From: Spirochaetia bacterium | GTDB taxonomy: Bacteria; Spirochaetota; Spirochaetia; WTKD01; G963693115 | Length of the DNA stretch: 64,000 nt | Direction of reading: 5' to 3' | Assembly: GCA_965218205.1 (NCBI GenBank) | Contig: OZ244590.1 | Span: 984,178 to 1,048,177 of the forward strand | In this document: positions 39,501-47,614 of the stretch, piece by piece | Layout of the letters: each line of letters starts with the position of its first letter | Position numbering within the stretch: position 1 is the first letter of the stretch | Notes under the pieces: model-generated | The model's database searches: none | The model's input: only the letters and a program-made list of their open reading frames with translations | Told to the model about the DNA's origin: nothing | Made by a program: the position numbers and the translations under genes

Positions 39501-39845
39501 ATTGATTTAGGATTTGATATTATTGCTACTCCCGGTACAGCAAAAGTATTTCTTGAAAATAATATACCATGTAAGGTAATATCTCGTGTATTTGAAGCAA
39601 AACGCAATGAATCAACTATTATTGATGAACTACAAAAAGGAAATGTAGATCTCATCATAAATATCTTAAAAAGTGTCGATGCTCATTCTTTCTTAGATGA
39701 TAAAGATATACGTAATGCTGCTTTACGTTATAGAATACCGTATATTTCAACCATCCCTGCATTAAATGCAGCTATTGAAGGTATAGAATTTCTTAAGAAA
39801 AACAAAGTGAGTGCAAGAAAACTACATTATGATAGTAGTCTATAG
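36561..39845 (+). CDS. carB: Carbamoyl-phosphate synthase large subunit
   Basis: 1094 aa; duplicated ATP-grasp halves and an MGS-like C-terminus. Confidence 0.95.
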   Translation: MPKREDLEKILIIGSGPIIIGQACEFDYSGNQAVRALKEEGYTVVLHNPNPATIMTTPGNAHIVYFDPLEPEYLIDILKKEKPDAILPTMGGQNALNLIMSFEEGQLENDYNVELIGAGLKSISLAEDRGLFKNLMTTIGLQSPVSALVKYEREALKVIDKVGFPVIIRPSFTLGGQGGSIAYHQKEFSEKLEKALRRSPVGTALVEESLLGYQEFEFEVMRDKEDNALVVCAIENIDPMGVHTGDSITVAPVQTLSDAEYQVLRSASIDILRAVGVECGGSNVQFAYNQATKRLLVIEMNPRVSRSSALASKVTGFPIAWSAAKLAVGYTLNEITNEITKNSTSFFEPALDYCAVKIPRFELQKFPIHELNTQMRSIGESLSFGANFCEALNKAIRAIEIGYDGIEEESLSHEELQEKLQTLYPKRIFAIYTKLLRDGEECIQSVSELTGYHPWVLYQLLRISNVEKKLKELSKDIQSGNVSQVCIDTIRTAKYMGFLNEKIATLLGVEIERIEEMLRAYSIKKVYRCVDTCAAEFKASTPYYYGSYIGSTEYVPDSDKNIVILGSGPNRIGQGLEFDACCTLAAFAFQRRGVSVTIINSNPETVSTDYNVSNSLFFEPLSAEDVYDVLQEKNTKDMVVQLGGQTPITIIKKLQSKGIEPIGTSIDSIDIVESRKRFLDLLYEIQKDVDIDVIPGAIVHTITEVAGTADTIGFPVLIRPSYVLGGQSMVVVYSQEELQRYISDNSTHLQDNDLLVDKYLENAIEYDVDIVSDSESVYIAGILRHVEHAGVHSGDSACVFEPKVLQDEIAHKIYAASIAIVKKLSIKGLLNIQFASVGDTLYVLEANPRSSRTVPFISKTSGVDIVDMAVAIWTGEKLDEQPVFKERVMEGYENLAVGYSVEGYAIKESVFSFDRFDNIDPALGPEMRSTGEAIGLGDSFGEAFAKASMVASTHLPRTGTVCMSIAGKYKYSVLEQARQCIDLGFDIIATPGTAKVFLENNIPCKVISRVFEAKRNESTIIDELQKGNVDLIINILKSVDAHSFLDDKDIRNAALRYRIPYISTIPALNAAIEGIEFLKKNKVSARKLHYDSSL

Positions 39846-39876
39846 GAGTAGATGCTTGTATCGTTTTTTACTTGTT

Positions 39877-41469
39877 TTATTGTATGGTATTTTGTAGAGC
39901 ATTAAAGTAGTATTCTACTCCATCCATAAGGGCATCCCATGATGCTTCAATGATATTTTCGTTTACCCCAATGGTTTCCCAGTCATGTGTTCCATCCGAA
40001 AAAGATATAAACACACGAACTTTTGCGGAAGTGTTATTTTCAGGATCAATCACTCGTACTCTATAATCAATAAGTTTTATACTGTTAATGGTAGGCAAAT
40101 CATGATCCAAAGAATGTCGTAACGCAGTATCAAGTGCTTCAACAGGGCCATTTCCTGTAGCAGCTCCCATAAGTTCTTTTCCTTTATACTGTACAAAAAT
40201 TCTGCACACTGTCTGGGCGGGATTAGTAAAGCTCTTAAACTGTTCAATGTGGTAGTTTTTTAATTGTATCATTGATTTCATTTTTTTTAACGCTCTTAGG
40301 ATGATAAGCTCAAATGATGCCTCTGCCGTTTCGTATTCATACCCATCTTGTTCGCGTTGTTTTAATTCCTGTATAATACCTTGTACAATAGGATCATTTT
40401 TTGAAAACTCACCGTGCTTTTGTAAATATGCTACTATGGTGGATTTTCCTGCAAGTTCAGAAAGTAAGATACGGCGTTCATTTCCTACTTTTTTAGGCGA
40501 GATATGTTCCATAAGCTCTTTGTTTTTTAATACCACATCTGCATGTTGTCCTGCTTTATGGCTAAATGAAGCACGCCCTACAAATGGATCGCGAGGATTA
40601 GAGATAATATTTGCTTGTTCTGCTACAAAGCGTGATAATGAAGTGAGATGAGTTATTTCGCTTGCACAATGAGCAGTGTAGCGAGTATCTTTTAGCACTA
40701 AATTAGGTATTATAGTGCAGAGGTTTGCATTGCCCGATCTTTCTCCCCAGCCATTGATAGTTCCTTGTATATGTATTGCTCCTTCTTCAAGACATATGAG
40801 GCTATTTGCAGTAGCAACACCGCAATCGTCATGAAAATGCCCACCAAGTGGTGCGATCGTTTGTTTTGGAAGATTGCTCATAATGTACTGTACTTCATGA
40901 GGAAGCGTTCCTCCATTGGTATCACAGAGTACCAGTAAATCAGCACCTGCTTCAGTTCCTACTGTAAGTACTTCAATAGAGTACTCACTATCCAGTTTAG
41001 AGCCATCAAAAAAATGCTCTAAATCAAGAATTACCGTTCTCCCATGCTCTTTGAGTATTCGTACTGATTCAAACGTTGCTTCAAGATAGGCTTCTTTTGA
41101 TGCACGAATAACATCGTTCACATGTGCAATCGATGACTTTGCCACTATAGTGACTATTTCTGTTTCGGCATTCAGAAGAGCATTTATATGATTATCATGT
41201 TTTATATCAGATGATATATTCGTACTTGGTTTTGCTGTAGAACCAAATGCAGCGATTTTTGCATGTTGTAAATTGAGTTTTTTTACTTGGATAAAAAACT
41301 CATTTTCTTTTTCACTGGAAAGAGGAAATCCTCCTTCAATGTAATCTACTTGAAATTCATCAAGTTTTTGAGCTATTTTGAGTTTATTTTCTAAAGTATA
41401 ATTGATTTGCATGCCTTGCATGCCATCACGTAGGCTGGTGTCATATATTTCTATATTTTTACTCTGCAT
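39877..41469 (-). CDS. cimA: Citramalate synthase / LeuA-family paralog with C-terminal LeuA-dimer domain
   Basis: 530 aa; 'YDTSLRDGMQ' and 'HFHDDCGVATANS' DRE-TIM metallolyase motifs; length and C-terminal regulatory domain are typical of CimA. Confidence 0.65.
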   Translation of the reverse strand: MQSKNIEIYDTSLRDGMQGMQINYTLENKLKIAQKLDEFQVDYIEGGFPLSSEKENEFFIQVKKLNLQHAKIAAFGSTAKPSTNISSDIKHDNHINALLNAETEIVTIVAKSSIAHVNDVIRASKEAYLEATFESVRILKEHGRTVILDLEHFFDGSKLDSEYSIEVLTVGTEAGADLLVLCDTNGGTLPHEVQYIMSNLPKQTIAPLGGHFHDDCGVATANSLICLEEGAIHIQGTINGWGERSGNANLCTIIPNLVLKDTRYTAHCASEITHLTSLSRFVAEQANIISNPRDPFVGRASFSHKAGQHADVVLKNKELMEHISPKKVGNERRILLSELAGKSTIVAYLQKHGEFSKNDPIVQGIIQELKQREQDGYEYETAEASFELIILRALKKMKSMIQLKNYHIEQFKSFTNPAQTVCRIFVQYKGKELMGAATGNGPVEALDTALRHSLDHDLPTINSIKLIDYRVRVIDPENNTSAKVRVFISFSDGTHDWETIGVNENIIEASWDALMDGVEYYFNALQNTIQ

Positions 41470-41498
41470 ATAGTATCCTCGTATGTTAAAAAGCTATG

Positions 41499-43010
41499 TT
41501 ACTCTTGTTGTAATTCATAATGGTTTATTGCATGTATAAATGCTTGAACACTTGCTTCTAATATATTAGTAGAAGAAGCTCGTCCTATACATTCACGATT
41601 ATTTATGCTTGTTACCGCTACTGCTTCACCAAGTGCATTTGTTCCTGGACTAATTGCTGTCACATGATATTCTTCAAGAACGATGGTGTACTCCACTAAA
41701 GAAGATATAGCACTGAAGATAGCATCAATAGGACCATCTCCTGAGGCTTCTGCTTTTTTTATAGTTCCTTTGTAGCTAATGCTCACCACTGCTTTAGGGT
41801 CCGTCCCTGGTGTAAGAAACATAGAAAAATCTTCAATTTTGAAAAATTGACTCTGATTATTTTCTATAAAGCTACTTGCTATTACAATAAGGTCGGTATC
41901 ATAAATTTCTTTTTTCTTATCAGCTATTTCAAGGAATTTTTGATATATTTCTTGTATCTGCTGTTCTTCTACATGAATATTAAGATATTGTAATCTATTG
42001 CGTAACCCATGTAATCCTGAATGTCTTCCTAGTACAATATTTTTGCTTGTGCGTCCAACATAGTCAGGAGTAAGAATTTCATATGTACTTCTATGTTTTA
42101 GTATTCCGTCTTGGTGAATGCCTGCCTCGTGAGCGAAAGCATTTTCTCCTATAATAGCTTTATTTCGAGGAATAGGAAATCCAATAGTAGAGCTTACTAG
42201 TTTTGATATAGAGAAGATTTTTTTATGATCGACATGTGTTTCTACTCCCCAATAGTCTTTTCTAATACCTAATCCAGTTATCACCTCTTCCATAGCAGCG
42301 TTTCCTGCACGTTCTCCAATTCCGTTTACGGTAACTTCGGCTTGACGAGCTCCAGCCTTAATAGCACTAAGAGTATTTGCTGTTGCTAATCCTAAGTCAT
42401 CGTGACAGTGTATAGAAATAGTGATAGCATCTATATTTTTTACATGCTCTTTTAAGTAATGTATGTAATCATACACTTCTGTTGGGGTAGCATAGCCTAC
42501 TGTATCAGGAATATTTACTACATCTGCACCAGCTTCAATTACCGCTTGCACTATTTGTGCTAAAAAATCTTTTTCTGTACGCAATGCGTCTTCGGGAGAA
42601 AACTCTACTTCTGCACAGCGTTTTTTTGCATATGCTACTGCCCATGTTGCAATATCAATTATTTCTTCTTTTGATTTTTTTAGTTTATATTGTCGATGAA
42701 TGGGGGAGCTAGCAAGGAAAGTATGAATACGAGGTTTTGCTGCTGGTTCTAATGCCTTTGCTGCTTGATCAATGTCTTTTTGTACTGCTCTTGCAAGACC
42801 AGTGATAGTAGCATTTCTCACCTGTTGAGAAATAAGCTGTGTAGCATTGAATTGTTTTGGTGAAGATATAGGAAAACCAGCTTCTATAACATCAATGCCC
42901 ATATCAGCAAGAGAATGAGCAATTTTTACTTTTTGTTCAATATCCATTGAGGCTCCGGGAGATTGTTCTCCGTCTCTCAAGGTTGTGTCAAATACTTTTA
43001 CTTGTTCCAT
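41499..43010 (-). CDS. leuA: 2-isopropylmalate synthase
   Basis: 503 aa; 'FDTTLRDGEQSPG', 'HCHDDLGLATANT' and the LeuA dimerisation domain; AAGGAGG RBS. Confidence 0.8.
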   Translation of the reverse strand: MEQVKVFDTTLRDGEQSPGASMDIEQKVKIAHSLADMGIDVIEAGFPISSPKQFNATQLISQQVRNATITGLARAVQKDIDQAAKALEPAAKPRIHTFLASSPIHRQYKLKKSKEEIIDIATWAVAYAKKRCAEVEFSPEDALRTEKDFLAQIVQAVIEAGADVVNIPDTVGYATPTEVYDYIHYLKEHVKNIDAITISIHCHDDLGLATANTLSAIKAGARQAEVTVNGIGERAGNAAMEEVITGLGIRKDYWGVETHVDHKKIFSISKLVSSTIGFPIPRNKAIIGENAFAHEAGIHQDGILKHRSTYEILTPDYVGRTSKNIVLGRHSGLHGLRNRLQYLNIHVEEQQIQEIYQKFLEIADKKKEIYDTDLIVIASSFIENNQSQFFKIEDFSMFLTPGTDPKAVVSISYKGTIKKAEASGDGPIDAIFSAISSLVEYTIVLEEYHVTAISPGTNALGEAVAVTSINNRECIGRASSTNILEASVQAFIHAINHYELQQE

Positions 43011-43050
43011 ACTACCTCCTTAGATTGTATGTGTCCTTAACAATGCAATG

Positions 43051-43087
43051 AATAATAAAAAAGCCGTCCATGAAGAACGGCTTTTTT
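43051..43087 (-). terminator. Intrinsic terminator hairpin immediately upstream of leuA, the attenuator terminator
   Basis: Minus-strand RNA reads GCCGUUC-UUCAU-GGACGGC (a 7-bp stem including one G.U) followed by UUUUUUAUUAUU, about 50 nt before the leuA ATG; flanked by A6 and T6, so it can also fold on the + strand. Confidence 0.6.
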
Positions 43088-43106
43088 ATCCTTCTTCCTT
43101 CTATCT

Positions 43107-43157
43107 TTATGAGATAAGAAGAAGAATTACTGATTGTATTGTTATATTTCTTTCCAT
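43107..43157 (-). CDS. Putative leu/ilv leader peptide MERNITIQSVILLLIS
   Basis: 16 codons, including three consecutive CUU Leu codons and four Ile codons. It sits between a consensus promoter and the terminator, and the downstream GAAGGAAGAAGG segment can pair with either the Leu codons or the terminator's left arm. No clear SD sequence. Confidence 0.4.
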   Translation of the reverse strand: MERNITIQSVILLLIS

Positions 43158-43185
43158 AAAAATACCATTTTGTATCTTTTTTTCT

Positions 43186-43214
43186 ATTATAAATAGAAAA
43201 AACAAATATGTCAA
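43186..43214 (-). promoter_or_regulatory. Consensus sigma70 promoter driving the leuA leader
   Basis: Minus strand reads TTGACA, a 17-nt spacer, then TATAAT, a perfect match to consensus. Confidence 0.6.
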
Positions 43215-43286
43215 GTGTAACGGAAACTCGTGTGCAACCTCAAAGACTCAGTGCAATATTTTTGCATTTGCTTTATACTATGAGTA

Positions 43287-44870
43287 ATGTCTATGTTTTA
43301 TTCTCAAGAGGAGACAAAACAATTTCTTAGTACCCATACTATTGTGCCAGTAGCTTCTCTTATACCCATGAACTTTGATAGTTCTCTTTCTATTTTTCTT
43401 AAGGTAAAAGGAAACTTCTTGCTTGAATCGGCTGAAAGTGCCGAATCGATGGGACGATATTCTTTTATTGCAATAGAAGCACAGAGAAAATTTATACTAC
43501 AAGAAACAAGCGTGGAAGATTGGAAAAAAAATAGCATAAATGGGGAATTTGATCGTATAGCAATAAAACATATGAGAAATCCCCTTGATTACATAAGTGA
43601 ACAAATGAAATTATTTCATGTTGATTCTGATAGCTACTATACATTACCTCCTTTCTGGGGAGGGCTTTTAGGCTACTTTGGATATGAAGGCATTCAATAC
43701 TTTGAAACAATAGAGAACTTACAAAAGAAAAGTTTATTGGATATGCCGCTAGGAATTTTTATTATTCCGCAGCAATTACTTGTAGTAGATCATCTTAAAA
43801 GACAGCTTTGGATTATTTCTTATATTGAAAAGCAGGAGCTTGAACAAAGTGGTATATCTTTTGAAAATACCTTTACTGCTATTACAAAAAAACATGAAGA
43901 GATTATTGAAAAAGTAACAGCACCATTACCCTATATTGCGTGGGAATATGAAAAAAGTATTCGAGAACGATCAGCACGTGTACATACTATAAAAAAATTA
44001 AATACGCTAGAAAGACTGAGTGTACTAGAGGATATGTTAGAACCACAATATCATACAAGTGAAGATGCATTTAAAGAAAATGTTCGATATTGTGTAGAAC
44101 GAATTTATGCAGGAGATATTATTCAAGTAGTGCCTTCTCGTCAAATCTCTATTCATTTTCAACATAAGGATGAAGTCTTATTTTATTTGAGACTGCGTAA
44201 TGTAAACCCATCTCCTTATATGTTCTTTCTTCGCTTTGATGATTTTACCATTATAGGAAGTTCCCCCGAAAGTATGGTGTCTCTTGATGAAAATAGAACT
44301 ATGAGCATTAAGCCAATTGCAGGTACTATTCAAAGAGGGAGTACAAAAAAAGAAGAAGCTCTGTTACGTACTACTCTTATTTCTGATGAAAAAGAACGTG
44401 CTGAACATCTTATGCTAGTTGATCTTGCAAGAAATGATCTGCATCGTATTGCGGTTCCAGGTACAGTTACTGTTCCTGATTTTATGCAGATACAGGCTTT
44501 TTCCCATGTGTTCCATATTGTGTCAAATGTGAAAGGAGAGCTACTTCCTGAATGTAATGGCTTTGATTTGATTAAAGCAAGTTTTCCTGCTGGAACTTTG
44601 AGTGGAGCTCCTAAGATAGAAGCTATGAATATTATTGGAAGAATAGAATCGTATATGCGAAATGTATATGGTGGTATGATAATGGTAATGGGGTTTAATG
44701 AGTACATAGATTCTTGCATTGCTATACGTACCACTGTAGTTCATAAAAATCGTGCATATTTGCAAGCAGGGGCAGGTATTGTAGCTGATTCCAACGAAGA
44801 GAAGGAATGGCAGGAAACAGAGCTAAAACTTGGTGCTTTGCTTCAGAGCTTTGTGGATATACGCGAATAA
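43287..44870 (+). CDS. trpE: Anthranilate synthase component I
   Basis: 527 aa; chorismate-binding domain with 'LMLVDLARNDL' and 'GAGIVADS' motifs. Confidence 0.88.
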   Translation: MSMFYSQEETKQFLSTHTIVPVASLIPMNFDSSLSIFLKVKGNFLLESAESAESMGRYSFIAIEAQRKFILQETSVEDWKKNSINGEFDRIAIKHMRNPLDYISEQMKLFHVDSDSYYTLPPFWGGLLGYFGYEGIQYFETIENLQKKSLLDMPLGIFIIPQQLLVVDHLKRQLWIISYIEKQELEQSGISFENTFTAITKKHEEIIEKVTAPLPYIAWEYEKSIRERSARVHTIKKLNTLERLSVLEDMLEPQYHTSEDAFKENVRYCVERIYAGDIIQVVPSRQISIHFQHKDEVLFYLRLRNVNPSPYMFFLRFDDFTIIGSSPESMVSLDENRTMSIKPIAGTIQRGSTKKEEALLRTTLISDEKERAEHLMLVDLARNDLHRIAVPGTVTVPDFMQIQAFSHVFHIVSNVKGELLPECNGFDLIKASFPAGTLSGAPKIEAMNIIGRIESYMRNVYGGMIMVMGFNEYIDSCIAIRTTVVHKNRAYLQAGAGIVADSNEEKEWQETELKLGALLQSFVDIRE

Positions 44871-44902
44871 ATAGAGTATAATAATGCATATAGCGAGGTT
44901 GT

Positions 44903-45487
44903 ATGATAATAGTAATAGATAATTATGATTCGTTTACCTATAATATTGTAAGTTATTATCAAGGGAAAAAGAAAGATATACGAGTCATACGTAATGATGA
45001 GCAGAGTATTGAGCAAATAGTATCACAGAATCCAGAATGTATTATTCTTTCCCCTGGACCTAAATCTCCTACAGAAGCAGGAGTATGTCTTCGTTTAATA
45101 CAGCATAATGCTACTATGAAATCACCAATACCTTTGTTTGGAGTATGTTTAGGATGTCAAGCCTTAGCACAAGCATACGATGCACATATCATTACTGCAA
45201 AAAAAATGTATCATGGCAAAGTATCGAGTATAGAACATGATGGAAAAGGAGTGTTTAGTGGTATAGAAAATCCTATTGTACAAACACGATACCACTCTCT
45301 TGTTATTGATAAAGCTACATTGTCTTCTGAGTATGAAATAAGTGCTGTAAGCGAAGATGGTGAGATTATGGGAATTCGGCATACACGGTTGCCTTTTGAG
45401 GGAGTGCAGTTTCATCCTGAATCTATTGCGTCAGTGCATGGGACTACTATACTTGATAATGCTTTATCCTACATGAAGCGTACATGA
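44903..45487 (+). CDS. trpG: Anthranilate synthase component II (glutamine amidotransferase)
   Basis: 194 aa; 'MIIVIDNYDSFTYN' N-terminus and 'GVCLGCQAL' GATase motif. Confidence 0.88.
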   Translation: MIIVIDNYDSFTYNIVSYYQGKKKDIRVIRNDEQSIEQIVSQNPECIILSPGPKSPTEAGVCLRLIQHNATMKSPIPLFGVCLGCQALAQAYDAHIITAKKMYHGKVSSIEHDGKGVFSGIENPIVQTRYHSLVIDKATLSSEYEISAVSEDGEIMGIRHTRLPFEGVQFHPESIASVHGTTILDNALSYMKRT

Positions 45488-45506
45488 GTATATGGAGGCA
45501 TAATAT

Positions 45507-45662
45507 ATGACTTGGAAAGAAATAGTATGGAATACCATAAAATGGATATTCATAATTATTTGGTATATATTCAAAATATCACTTATATTATTCATAATAG
45601 GTGTTTCTGCATTTATAATAATAGTAGATAGAATAAATAAATTTAATCGTTCGGGGAGATGA
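45507..45662 (+). CDS. Small Trp-rich hydrophobic ORF between trpG and trpD (51 aa; MTWKEIVWNTIKWIFIIIWY...)
   Basis: GGAGG RBS 8 nt upstream; 4 Trp in the first 19 residues; predicted single TM; absent from the track because it is under 60 aa. Confidence 0.4.
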   Translation: MTWKEIVWNTIKWIFIIIWYIFKISLILFIIGVSAFIIIVDRINKFNRSGR

Positions 45663-45748
45663 AAATATGTATACCGAAACATTTATTAAATTAAAAAAAA
45701 GTTATTTTGTACAAAACGGGAATAAAGAGAATAGGGAGTACTATTACT

Positions 45749-46810
45749 ATGTTGAGAGATTGTATTGAAAGTATACTTGAACAAAAGAATATAAGTCTCG
45801 TTCAAGCAAAGGCTATTATGGATCAGATAGCAAGTGGTGCATTATCGCCTGAAGAAATAGCTATGTTTCTTACTGCTATGAGAATGAAGCAGGAAAGTGC
45901 AGATGAGATTGCAGGGGTAGTAATGAGTGCAAAAGAGCATGCTATTTCTTTGCCACTGGTAGCAAAATATGATACATTATGTGATATTGTAGGTACAGGG
46001 GGTGATGGAAGTAATACTATCAATATTTCTACTCTCAGTGGTTTTATTGCAGCAGGGGCAGGAGCGAAGGTTGCAAAGCATGGAAACAGAGCAGTATCTT
46101 CAAAATGTGGAAGTGCAGATGTACTTGAAGCTCTTGATATAAATATTCAGGCATCAAAAGAAACAGTAGCACATATGATTGATAAGGCAGGTATGGGGTT
46201 TATGTTTGCTCCTCTGTATCATCCAGCAATGAAATATGTTGCTCCTGTTCGTAAAGCATTAAAGATACGTACTTTGTTTAATATATTAGGACCACTTATC
46301 AATCCTGCATCTGTTCCAAATATACTTTTAGGAGTATACAGTCGTGAAAAAATGGAGCTTATGGCACATGCTCTTCTCCGTTTACATACTGCTCATGCAA
46401 TGGTGATATGGTCTCATGACAATACCGATGAAATAAGTGTGAGTGCAGACACAGAAGTCATGGAAGTAAAAAATCTTGAAATAAAACGCTACACTATTCA
46501 GCCAAAAGAGTATGGGTTTCATTATCAAAAAGAGAGTGATATACAAAAAGTACAGCAGGAAATACAAGGAGGAACTGCTACCGATAATGCACAAAAAATA
46601 GTACAGGTGCTGCGACAAAAGAGCATAGGTATAGTAAGAGATATTGGTATAATAAATGCAGCAGCACTGTTGTATGTCTCAGGACTATGCTCTTCTATTG
46701 AAGAAGGCATTGACAAAGCAAATAAATCTATTGATAGCGGAAAAGCCTTGCAGTGTTTAGAGAACATGCAGATGATAAGTAAAGGCAATATGCAAAGTAA
46801 TGCTATTTGA
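45749..46810 (+). CDS. trpD: Anthranilate phosphoribosyltransferase
   Basis: 'CDIVGTGGDGSNT' PRPP-binding motif; ATG at 45749 (the track ORF starts at a TTG at 45707). Confidence 0.85.
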   Translation: MLRDCIESILEQKNISLVQAKAIMDQIASGALSPEEIAMFLTAMRMKQESADEIAGVVMSAKEHAISLPLVAKYDTLCDIVGTGGDGSNTINISTLSGFIAAGAGAKVAKHGNRAVSSKCGSADVLEALDINIQASKETVAHMIDKAGMGFMFAPLYHPAMKYVAPVRKALKIRTLFNILGPLINPASVPNILLGVYSREKMELMAHALLRLHTAHAMVIWSHDNTDEISVSADTEVMEVKNLEIKRYTIQPKEYGFHYQKESDIQKVQQEIQGGTATDNAQKIVQVLRQKSIGIVRDIGIINAAALLYVSGLCSSIEEGIDKANKSIDSGKALQCLENMQMISKGNMQSNAI

Positions 46811-46862
46811 AAAAATACTATTTTTACACTGTTAATACTACAATATCCTGTATACTTAAATA

Positions 46863-47597
46863 ATGAATACTACTGTTTCTCCAATAAGCATTTCAACATT
46901 ACTTTTATTGTTTATTCCTATAAGTATATCACTTACTATTCTCTTTCGTAAAAAAGTTGCATTTGGTAATACACTCTATGCTTTTTTACGTATGATAGTA
47001 CAGCTTATCATTGTTGGGTTTACATTAACCTTTATTTTTGCCTCAAACAATGGGTTTTTTGTGATAATAGTACTATTAGTCATGATATTGTTTTCTAGCT
47101 GGATATCCATCAGAACTCTTCATAAAGGGAAAAAGCATATATTTCCCTCTGCTTTTTTAGCTATTCTTATTGGTGGCGGTTTTCATGTATTTTTTATGAC
47201 TCAAATAATTATACGCATTCGTCCCTGGTTTTATCCTACCTCAATGATACCTTTAGCAGGAATGATATTCTCAAGTTCATTAAATGGTATTAGTCTTTTT
47301 ATTGAAAGATTTCAAAGAGAGAGAAATAATGGTGTATTAATACATCAAGCTGAAAAATTTGCATTTCATGCTGCACTTATTCCTGCAATAAATAATTTTT
47401 TTGCGGTAGGGCTAGTATCGTTTCCAGGACTTATGACAGGACAAATATTGTCAGGCATATCTCCTTTTGTTGCAGTAAGGTATCAGATTGTAATACTTAC
47501 AATGATTGTAAGTTCACAGATTCTTGTCATACATTTATTTTCACGGTTTATTAGAAAAAAACATGAGCTATGTTTGTGCACAGAGGATAGAGTGTAG
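46863..47597 (+). CDS. fetB: FetB/YbbM (UPF0014) family ABC-type permease
   Basis: 'RMIVQLIIVGFTLTFIF' and 'AALIPAINNFFAVGLVSFPGLMTGQILSGISPF' closely parallel the E. coli FetB motifs; no cognate ATPase is adjacent. Confidence 0.7.
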   Translation: MNTTVSPISISTLLLLFIPISISLTILFRKKVAFGNTLYAFLRMIVQLIIVGFTLTFIFASNNGFFVIIVLLVMILFSSWISIRTLHKGKKHIFPSAFLAILIGGGFHVFFMTQIIIRIRPWFYPTSMIPLAGMIFSSSLNGISLFIERFQRERNNGVLIHQAEKFAFHAALIPAINNFFAVGLVSFPGLMTGQILSGISPFVAVRYQIVILTMIVSSQILVIHLFSRFIRKKHELCLCTEDRV

Positions 47598-47614
47598 TAT
47601 ACTATACTTATAGT

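Noticed and set aside
39846-39925. ggagtaga ... tctactcc long-range inverted repeat between convergent carB and cimA
   Set aside because: Arms ~60 nt apart with no stable local hairpin; not convincing as a terminator.
43048-43287. 79-aa + strand ORF in the leuA/trpE intergenic region
   Set aside because: No RBS and a low-complexity Ile/Phe-rich product. The region is better explained by the minus-strand promoter, leader peptide and terminator.
43090-43287. Looked for a T-box riboswitch (AGGGUGGNACCGCG core) upstream of leuA and of trpE
   Set aside because: No T-box core sequence or specifier-loop arrangement was found on either strand. The leader-peptide model fits the sequence instead.
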